The notes under the pieces were generated by a model. The model was not told where the DNA came from. It searched no databases and saw only the letters and a program-made list of their open reading frames with translations. A stretch of DNA of 60,953 nucleotides, the filler included. It is 7 parts of 7 records of this genome, joined end to end, with 100 filler letters (N's around TTAATTAATTAA, not from the genome) between each part and the next. Parts side by side here need not be neighbours in the genome. Positions count along the whole stretch, not along the records: positions 47,900 to 54,613 come from SRR2962707_2610; positions 54,714 to 60,953 come from SRR2962707_2622; 5 more parts are not named here. The stretch is one strand, 5' to 3'. This document shows, in pieces, positions 52,269 to 60,953 of the stretch (its first letter is position 1; each line of letters opens with the position of its first letter). A program made the translations under genes and the position numbers.

Positions 52269-53333
52269 CTAACTCCCGAATAGTTTGTAATGATTATTGT
52301 GGACGTACCCATCCTTTAACGCAAGCGTTCCGCGTCTATTTAATACATCTGCTGCGTAGATTCCATGAAACCCCCGAGGCTTATTCTGACCGTCGGAAAT
52401 GCGTGCCCGCAAGTATCCGAATATCAGCATTTCAATCTGAACATCGTCCATTTTCGACGCCTCCATACCACGCCACAGCTCGATGTTCTTAGCGCTGTCG
52501 TTACGTCCATACATCCGCGTATCGGTTGTTTGCATGTGTGCGAACTCAGTGCACTTCTGCATCCAACCAGTAATATGTCTTACCACCGCTGCATTATCGC
52601 CCACTTCAGTCCGGAACGCAGTCACATGCCTCCTCCACAAACGTTTCCGCCCGCCATTATAAATCTGAAGATCAAAAAAGTTGGCAAGCAATTGCGCGCT
52701 GCTATCCTGATCCCATCCCGCTTCTTTTTGCCATTGCCTTGCATACGAGTAAGCCAGTCTCAAGGTGGGCTCCGTCAGCTTGACTTGGTAGTCTTTAACG
52801 CGCTCAGACTTCAGCCAGTCTTGCAATGGAGTACGGATAGACTTTCTAACACCCCCGCTTAGCGGGTCGCTATTCGCGGACAAAATCCACGCATTCAGCG
52901 CATGATCAAACGCCGCCTTGTCATGGCGCACTGCCGCCTCACGAATGTTTTCTATGTCCTGTCGAATCGCTGCGTCGGCAAGTCGGGCTACGTCGGGTGG
53001 CAAATTTCGGAAAAAAGTGCTGTAGAGGCTGCCGGCATTTACATTCCATTGCGAGAAACCAATCGACAGCACATCGGTGTTGTTCACGCTGGACCAAGGA
53101 TCTCCAGACCCCGACTCGAATTCACCAATGATATCCATTGCGCTCTTGGCAATGTTCATCGGAACAACCACGGAATCCTCGGCTTTGGTTGTCACTAGGT
53201 TCGCAGCAACGAATGCCGGCGTGAGAACGGTGCCGGTTTCGGGATCGACTCCGGGGCACGGTGGGATATCCATTTGAGCGTGTGCAACCCCGACCGTCAG
53301 ACACAGTATTGCCGTCGCAAGATATCCGCGCAT
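52269..53333 (-). CDS. Secreted lysozyme/chitosanase-fold-like protein (putative cell-wall glycoside hydrolase)
   Basis: Signal peptide (VAHA|Q); IGEFES..LSIGFSQWN..GSL, FFDLQIYNG, DVLNRRGTLA..GYVH motifs; lower GC than neighbours. Confidence 0.6.
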   Translation of the reverse strand: MRGYLATAILCLTVGVAHAQMDIPPCPGVDPETGTVLTPAFVAANLVTTKAEDSVVVPMNIAKSAMDIIGEFESGSGDPWSSVNNTDVLSIGFSQWNVNAGSLYSTFFRNLPPDVARLADAAIRQDIENIREAAVRHDKAAFDHALNAWILSANSDPLSGGVRKSIRTPLQDWLKSERVKDYQVKLTEPTLRLAYSYARQWQKEAGWDQDSSAQLLANFFDLQIYNGGRKRLWRRHVTAFRTEVGDNAAVVRHITGWMQKCTEFAHMQTTDTRMYGRNDSAKNIELWRGMEASKMDDVQIEMLIFGYLRARISDGQNKPRGFHGIYAADVLNRRGTLALKDGYVHNNHYKLFGS

Positions 53334-53797
53334 CCGATTTCTCCGAATTTCTATAAGACTAAATATGATTTATACCTTATTTAGTTGCATTACGAGAAAA
53401 TTATTTGATACAAAACCTCCTATCAGAATGTAATATAATATATTAATATATTATATAATCTAATATAATAGTCTATTATATAATTTTCGGCCTGACGAAA
53501 TAATCCTAATGTTTAATATTCAATTTCTATAATATTAATTACATTTTCTTATATATAGATGTATATTTGTGATCCAGAGATACGCATGGGTCACAAAATA
53601 CTAGCCAGGCCTCCCGCAGGCGCATTCTATGTCATGCGATATTGTATTCAAACTCATAGCGTGCCTGCTTGAAAGCGCTCGCTGATAATCTGCTATTCAG
53701 GGCCACTTGACGGGCAGCAAGAATTTCAGTGCCCTCGTCCTTGAATTTGCCTGTTTGTGCTGCAATCATCTGGTTTGGAACGGAGCTAAAGCGAAGA

Positions 53798-54433
53798 ATG
53801 TATCCCAACTACACAAGGTCAGAACGCGTAGCTGACGGCAGCATGCACGCCATCGGCGTCATCGGGTCGGTGCTTGGGGCCATCCTGTTGCTGATGTGGT
53901 CCGCCCCGGTCGCCTCGCCCGGCGAAATTGCGGCCATAACGATCTATGCGATGACGTTGATTGCCACTTTCACGGCCTCGGCGTTTTATCACATGACCCC
54001 GTGGGAGAGCATCCGGCCGGTTCTGCGCCGGATCGACCATGCGGCGATCTACTTGAAAATCGCGGGCACCTATACACCGCTGGTGGTGATGGTTGGCAGC
54101 GGTCTGGCGTATGTGGTGCTTGGCGTCGTCTGGGCGCTGGCGATCATCGGCATGACGCTCAAGCTGGTGTTCTGGAGCACGCCCGGCCGTTTTGGCCCCG
54201 CGCTTTATCTGATCATGGGCTGGATGAGCATCATCCTGGTCTGGTCGTCCTGGACGGAACTGCCACTCGAATACATCATCGCCGGTGGGCTGCTTTACAC
54301 CGTAGGCGTGGTTTTCCATGCGTCCAAGACGATGAAGTTCGCAAACGCAATCTGGCATGGATTTGTCATTGCGGCCTCTGCCTGTTTCTTTGCAGCCATC
54401 ACGTTTCTGGCGACACAACCGGGTATGTTGTAA
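53798..54433 (+). CDS. Hemolysin III / PAQR-family membrane protein
   Basis: ERVAD..HAIG, SAFYH, RRIDHAAIYLKIAGTYTP, YLIMGW, GGLLYTVG, AIWHGFV. Confidence 0.93.
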   Translation: MYPNYTRSERVADGSMHAIGVIGSVLGAILLLMWSAPVASPGEIAAITIYAMTLIATFTASAFYHMTPWESIRPVLRRIDHAAIYLKIAGTYTPLVVMVGSGLAYVVLGVVWALAIIGMTLKLVFWSTPGRFGPALYLIMGWMSIILVWSSWTELPLEYIIAGGLLYTVGVVFHASKTMKFANAIWHGFVIAASACFFAAITFLATQPGML

Positions 54434-54484
54434 CAGCATCTCGCATCCGGATGGGCGTGCCGGCGCGATGCAATTGCCACACTC

Positions 54485-54613
54485 TCAAAACGGCCAGACC
54501 CAGGCAATCATCGGTACGCCGACCACGATCACCAGCACTTCCAGCATCAGGCCCATGCGCCAGTAGTCGCCGAACTTGTAGTTGCCGGGGCCCATGATGA
54601 TGGTGTTGTTCTT
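54485..54613 (-). CDS. SLC13/DASS-family permease, C-terminus only
   Basis: KNNTIIMGPGNYKFGDYWRMGLMLEVLVIVVGVPMIAWVWPF*. Confidence 0.85.
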   Translation of the reverse strand, partial: KNNTIIMGPGNYKFGDYWRMGLMLEVLVIVVGVPMIAWVWPF

Positions 54614-54713
54614 NNNNNNNNNNNNNNNNNNNNNNNNNNNNNNNNNNNNNNNNNNNNTTAATTAATTAANNNNNNNNNNNNNNNNNNNNNNNNNNNNNNN
54701 NNNNNNNNNNNNN
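54614..54713. other. Artificial contig linker
   Basis: N44-TTAATTAATTAA-N44. Confidence 0.98.
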
Positions 54714-54857
54714 TTTTTTTTTTTTTTTTTTTTTTTTGGTTGCCGACTCTCCTCTTCACGTGTGTCAAGAAGTTTGTTTTCAGTGTGGTTTGTTTGGATT
54801 GTGTGTGGTTAGTGTGTGTGTGCGCGCGCTTATTTTTGTGTGTGTGTGAATAGCATC

Positions 54858-57800
54858 ATGCCCTACTTGCTAAAAGCCACTCTGCTCGCTGGAGCCGCGT
54901 CGAGTGCGCTCGCCTCGTCCCAGACTGCGCTAGTGGACGCTCCGTACGTGGAGACCATTCCTTTCCAGTTCGTGTATCAAGACTCCCCGCTCCCTCGCGC
55001 GCCGAAGTGGGGCGTGCTCCCAGAAAAGTGTTGCGTTGGGCAAGTGGCGGCTGTTGCCGACTCGCGGACGCTGTTGAAATTCGACCAGTCTGGAACCCTG
55101 TGCGTGTTGAGTCTCTCTCCTGCTGGTGCAGTGTGTCGCTGCTTGTGTGTGTGTTCGCCTGTGTGCTTGGCTACGTGCACTCGTTGGAGTGGTGGGCGGA
55201 CGATGTGCTCTTCACGTGTACCACCAGTCGTTCCCGCGAAGCTCACTTAAGGAAAATTCTGTGCAAATTGGTTTCAGGTACGTCGCGTCGCGGAGCAACA
55301 CGACCTATGCGTCAAAGGCTCGCCAGGGAGATGCCTCCGCGTATTCCATTGATGCTGTGAACACAGCTGGTATCCCCAGTGGTTTGCTCGAGGACCCATC
55401 ATCGAGGCTGCTTGTGGACGAGAGCAGTGGGGCTGTTGTCGGTGTCGTTTCGAGCACTGGCGTTGTTGGCGTGGCGTGCTCGCTTGCTTCCTCGCCAGCT
55501 TGCTCTGGATCCGCCACGACTTCATTCAATTTCGGATCCATTGTTGACGTGGCTTTTGTTTCGAGCGACTCGAGCTTCCTAGTGGCGAGTGCCACTGGAC
55601 TTCACCGGGTTGTGGCTGGCACCGCCTGCAAAGTCACCACTTTGCAAGAAGCCGGGGATCTCACTGCGGTGGGTGCAGCCCCTTTTTCCGGAACCCCGGC
55701 GGTTTCGCCCCGCGCAAGTGGTGTCGACACTGCCTTTGTTGCTGGCGCCCTGCATCTCGAGACCGTCAACTCAGCTACGGGCGCAGTAACGCACAAGGAA
55801 TGGATATCAAACGTTACCAGCGGGGCTGGGGGTGCAGTCGATGGCCCCGTCTCAGCAGTCGCCTTTGACGCCCATGCTCAGCGGGTGCTTCTTGGAACTG
55901 AGAACGCTTTGAACGTGATTGCCCCATCGCTGCGACTCACTCGCTATGATGGCCGTGAGGGACTGCCATATGGCAATATCACAGCGTTGGCTGCAACAGT
56001 GACCAGCCAGTCGTCGATGGGGCAACTCCAAACGGCAGAGTCTCAAACTTGGATTGGAACCAAGAAGGGCCTGGCCGTGTGGCAAGAGGGCAATGACCCC
56101 CCGTGGCGGTAAGAGAGGAGCCGGCTGTGTGCGAAGTGCAGAGTGTCGCGGTGCTCTCGCTACCCTCTTGCGTGTGCCGATCTGGCGAGCTGACTTTGTT
56201 TGTTATCCGTTGCGGTGTGGTTGCCAGATACTTGTTTGGGCCCCGCTGGCACCCCGGGGAAGCTATTACCGACCTTGCCATTCACCCCGAGACATCCACT
56301 GGTGCGGATGTTCTTCCTGCCGTGGTAGTCGCCGCAACGGACGGTGGTGTGGTCTTTCTCGAACAACAGATTTGGACTCTTGCCGTGAGTTACGTCTCGT
56401 TGCTTGTGTGCGCGCGGGGTGTGTCGAGTATCGAATTGCCGCTGATATTGGTGGTGGTTGGCCTGCAAATTGAAACGCGTCACAGGAAAAAGCAACCGTT
56501 TTTGAGGCAGCAATGCCGCGAGCCATGCGCCATGGACTGACAAGTGAATGCCACCTTGGCTCTTTCGGTGACGTTGATGGTCCAGGTCGCGTTTGCTCCG
56601 ATTCTGACAACAATGGATTATGGACAGCTATGAACGTAGCGGCTGAATATATGCACGTTGCAGTAGCTTCGCGTGCAGCTCGCATCAACAAGGACAAGCG
56701 TGCGGTGGTCGGTGAAACCATGAGTGTTGCAAGTGAGCTTTTCCAGGGACAATCTCTGTTGCACAACATCACAGGTTTTAAAGGCCTTTGTGCACGGTCA
56801 GCATGTGGTCCGACCGATGAACAGTGCGCCCCAGGCCGCGCTGTGGATCTTGACCCAGCCTGCAAGAGCACCCCGGCAACTTGCGGCTTGCAGTGGCGGA
56901 ATGGTTCTGTTGCTGCAGGCTACGGCGATGGCTGGGTTTGGAAGAGCGACACGTCCAGCGACGAAATTGATGGACACGTGTTAGCACTCTCAACGGTAGC
57001 AGCGCTGTCCCCTGACGAAAGTGAGCGCTCCCTGGCTCGCACCTTGCTCGGAAATCTTGTTGAGCGAATCGTTGATGGTGGATTGTACGTTATTTTATTT
57101 CTTTTTGCGGTTGCTGCTTCCTTGGTGTGCGAAGCCACCTGGTCTGGGTCGCCTAATTCTCGCATTTTTTCAATATTGGCTCTGCTGTGTCTTGTGTATG
57201 GGATGGGCATCGTGCATTGCAGCAATCTGATCGACTGGACCGGAAAGCCAACCCTGTGGGGTCGTTGGTCTCCGACTGACATCAACGATGGAGTTGACTA
57301 TACCGACGGTTTGTTTCGTGGCATCCTTTGCAAGCAATTGTGGATCCAGCATGCGTTTGTTCCATGCTCCATCTGCGTGCAGTATTGACATTTTTGAAAC
57401 GTGATTGTGTGTTGGGCAGAACATGGAGTCAACGCGCTTGAAATCATCGCCAACTTGGCTGGTGGCATTGCAGCAGCAGGCTCTGTCGAGCCGACCCAGC
57501 TCAGCAAGTTCCAAGATGCTCTCGTCAATCTTACGCGTGCGTACCCTGGTCCGGACTACTACGGCAATCTCATCAATCTCCGCATCCAGGTTCGGCGCGC
57601 ACTGAGCCGTGGAGACTCTTCTTGCGTGGTTTTGCATTTCCTGTAAATGTGGGGTTCTGTTCGTTGTTGTTGGCCCAACCTTCGCAGGTTCCTTGGGACG
57701 AAAATTTCAGCGACGACGAACTGATTATGCTCCCATTCCTGTCGCTCATTTTTGTGGACAACCAAGCAAAGTCATCTATGGTTGACATGGATCAAATCCG

Positions 57801-58362
57801 GGATGCTCTGCATCACGTGTGGCAGTTGGTTAGCCCCGGTCGCAGCAGCCTTTGGTCCGCTATAGCGCTCTACGGTGAGACTGGCCAGGCAACCCCGCGC
57901 ATGACTGCAGCAGAGCGAACACTAGCCTCCAACGATCTCCTTTGGAACCTGCGCACTTGGCCGATGGACCAGGTTCGGCGTGTGCTGTTGACTTTTCCAA
58001 AAATTCTCGTTGCGTGTCTTTCTTTCTTTTAATTTTTTTCTCTTTTGCCCGCGCGTCCCTCTCCGTGCCGTGCCTGCTGTGCATCGGCCTACACCATGCG
58101 CTGTCACCAGGTAACCTGGAATGTTTCCAACTCGCAGCGGCTTGACTTTATTTACAACCCAAGCGCTGATCGCTTCCAGGGCATCCGCGACCAGACATAC
58201 CTCCGTGTCCTTCCTGCCAACGAGCGTCAGCAACAACGATGGAATGCAAACCCATGGCAGATTGGGGACTCTGGTGACGGCATGCTGGAAGTGGACCCGG
58301 GCGCATGGTTGCTGCCTTACTGGTTGGCTCGTTTCGCAGGGCTTTTGAGCGATGCCGCTTGA
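54858..58362 (+). CDS. Multi-exon secreted protein: beta-propeller repeats plus acidic alpha-helical putative hydrolase domain
   Basis: Signal peptide MPYLLKATLLAGAASSALA; intron 56109-56227 (GTAAG..CAG) joins PPWR|YLFGPRW; motifs EGLPYGNIT, WIGTKKG, SDNNGLWT, WKSDTSSDEIDGH, NFSDDEL, RWNANP, DPGAWLLPYW. Confidence 0.65.
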
Positions 58363-58645
58363 ACTTGATCACGGGTTCGTGTGGACAACTCCTGGCCGAT
58401 TCCGCGTCCTCCAGTGGACAGTGTTTCTTTTGTTGTTCAGGCAAAGCCGCGGACTCTCTCCACTTTCGAGAAACAGCACAAAAAGCGTTTGTTGTGAGAT
58501 GATGTAACTTTTATAAATGTGCAAGCCCTGCGAGACAAAGATCACGGCTTCATAGCTTCATATCTTGGCGTTTTTCGTTTGTTTCATGAGCTGCGTGGTT
58601 CAACCATGCATTCAACAGCATTCTCAGGACAGCCGCAGGCAGGGA

Positions 58646-60953
58646 TCAGCTGCGCAAAGGACACCACGACAAATAGTTTTGCCGCCGAAGACGCACCTTG
58701 GCTTTGCAATTCACCTTTGCTCGATGCCGCTTGTAGTTGGCGTTGATCTAGGAAAACAGATTTTTCGAAAACTTGCTGAGCACAATCGAATCGACTTTGT
58801 TGGCGCGCAACAAAACACTAAACATTGATGCTCGGGCCTCCGTCGCACCGTGAATGTTTTACCGCAGTCAGGGCACTTGTGCAGGTACGTTCCGTCATGG
58901 CTGCACTGATGCTCTTTCAAAGACGTGCTGTGGGTGTAAGCCTGCCGATATTCGACCAGCGATGGTAAACGCAACAAGCCCCCGACTACATGAATACATC
59001 ATAGAAACACCGATTGATTCGAAAGCATCCTCCAACGAACCTTGTCACATCCCGGCCAATTACATTTGTACGGTTTGATTTTGCTATGCGAGCGCATGTG
59101 TGCATTCCGATTCGAACTGTTAGGAAAACGCTTGCCGCATATCGAGCAGGGGTATGGTTTTTCGCCAGTGTGAGTGCGCATGTGGCTCAGCAGGCCCGAA
59201 CGCCGGTTGAACGAAGCCCCACAGGGTTTGTCTTTCGGTGGATATACAAAACGGACAAACTGTGATAAAGCTGCGCGCAGTGGCATGCGCTGTGCGGCAA
59301 AATGCAATCGACCCGCTACTCACTGGTTTCAGGCAGAATAAATGAGCACACATGAGAAGATACTTTTGCACTTTTTGCTTTACCTTGGCAAGCGGGACAA
59401 GTTCACATGTACGGCGTGACTCGTTGTGTTCACCTCACTCAACGAGCTACCGAGCGTCGGTCGTGCAGCACCCCAAACGCCAAACGCACCAGATCGCTTC
59501 ACGACAGTTCGTGTCTGTTTAGCTTTGGGTTTGACGTCTTGTCCAGTCACCTGACCAGCCCTGCGTTTGGAGCGCGTTGTGGGCGTTGAACTATTCTTCG
59601 AGGAGGCGATTGACTCTGCTACAAGGGTCGAAGTCGAAGTCTGTGCTGCTGCAGCCTGGCTAGGTCTCTGAGGACGAGGGCTCAAACCAGCAAGCGCATC
59701 TTGTGCCATCTACGCGTTGTGCAGGGCGGCCAGGTGAGCTCATGATCGGGCCATAACAACCACTTGAGTGGACCAAAAAGCAGCACTTCTGCAAACAAAG
59801 GAACGGCGGGCGAACCATGAGATTAGGGGTGAAGCCGCCGTATCCTTTCATTGGGGAGCCACTGCTGCCTCCCAAGGCCAGCATGGTGTTCTGCAGAGCC
59901 GCCTTTTTGTCACAACGATAGCCGAGGGCACGTGAGGTGTGAACATCATGTGAAATGCAACTACCTTCATCATGCATCAGTGCAGACATCAACGCACCGT
60001 TCTGGGCGTGACGGCGCTAGGATACTGCCTGTAATTCATGTTGATTCCAGCGAATGCATTCGCTGCCCCGTTGGCTGCGCCTCCAAGATGGCCTCTTCCA
60101 GCACTACTGGGCCCCACGGATGCAGCCGGGGGCGCATTCCATCCGCTCATCGCTTGAAAGTTGAGATTGGTGAGCGGCACACCACTTCCAATTTGTCGCG
60201 AGTGTGCAACGGAAGGCGACGACGAAGCCGGAATGCTGGAGAGTGAATTGGAAGTCCCAGCACACGCGCTCGTGGTCAAGTTGGGTCCGGCGAGGGATGG
60301 CGTCGGGGTTGTCCCGTTGGCGTGTGGATCATCAAACGCGTTGTTGCCACGAGGGCTGAGTCCAAGCGATAGCGAGCTAAATGAGCGCTCCCCCCCCTGT
60401 AACTCTGGCGCTGGCTGCAGGGAATGCGTGCGCTTCATCCCTCCTTTGTTCGTTGCGCGCGGCAGTGGGTTCGCGGAATTACTTGGAAGCAAAAGCAGCC
60501 GCAAAAATCAAATCAAACCAAGCAAGAACAAAAACAACAATGAAAAGAAGATTGTGGAGATTCTGAATCTCGATCGAACGTTCGAATCTGGGTGAACATC
60601 CGCCACGTCACGAACTTTGGCGGACTGGCTCCAACGGCTTCCAGAAAACCTCCAATTTTGGCCATCGCAGCGTCCTCTTCCTGCTCCCGAAATGCGGTCA
60701 AGATCTTCTTGATTCCACCAAGAACGTATTGCGAAAGATTGGCGAAGTTGATCGTAAAGCATCGCTGCAGCGGAAACCACGATCAGCAGACAGACAAACA
60801 AACAAACAATAACAAGCGCGAGATTTAAAAAATACACACATATCAATCACACGCTTGGCTGCAGAGCTGAATCTTAGCGGCATTGATACAACCAGCACCA
60901 CAATGCACGAGCACAACACACCCGCTTTTTGTTGTAAATCAAGTTGCGCGGCT
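58646..60953 (-). CDS. Multi-exon C2H2 zinc-finger transcription factor (5' end outside window; 3' end approximate)
   Basis: [60 protein letters not shown]; upstream Ser/Pro/Gly-rich exons. Confidence 0.8.

Noticed and set aside
13055-54713. Recurrent TTAATTAATTAA within N-runs as a biological repeat or CRISPR-like array
   Set aside because: Identical 100-nt synthetic linkers with six-frame stops; flanking genes are truncated at them
54714-54850. Poly-T and (TG)n tracts as functional elements
   Set aside because: Low-complexity eukaryotic sequence at a contig end; likely the cause of the assembly break

Overview
This window is an artificial concatenation of seven unrelated contigs joined by 100-nt linkers (N44-TTAATTAATTAA-N44), so gene neighbourhoods across linkers are meaningless. 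(1) 1-13054: intron-rich eukaryote (protist-like) with a large SAM/WW/UBA/VPS9/PDZ-like gene converging on TRAPPC9/Trs120. (2) 13155-27351: Roseobacter-group-like; aminotransferase, pfpI-family, pqiA-pqiA-pqiB-pqiC, orphan wzc, secreted protein + PstS-OmpA fusion, hemerythrin-like, radC, dnaJ, dnaK. (3) 27452-33699: high-GC alphaproteobacterium; hydroxycinnamate CoA-ligase/beta-oxidation cluster with MarR and TRAP. (4) 33800-39821: alphaproteobacterial cobalamin genes with a palindromic repeat element. (5) 39922-47799: Marinobacter-like; cfa + geranylgeranyl-reductase-like pair, choice-of-anchor I lipoprotein, dps, DUF2061, flavoprotein disulfide reductase, LysE, DAHP synthase. (6) 47900-54613: alphaproteobacterial accessory hotspot upstream of ffh. 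(7) 54714-60953: eukaryote with an intron-containing bacterial-type secreted protein and a C2H2 zinc-finger gene. The best candidate for an undescribed system is in contig 6: a three-gene module (degenerate Lgt-fold membrane protein; 68-aa lipopeptide ending GGEGEGGGSH; Tat-exported His-rich DUF1513-like beta-propeller lipoprotein). It has two FNR/FixK-type boxes, each centred 70.5 bp upstream of a start codon, and lies between a broken antitoxin gene and a degenerate copy of a neighbouring permease 3' end. All family and taxon calls come from motif recognition; no database search was run.
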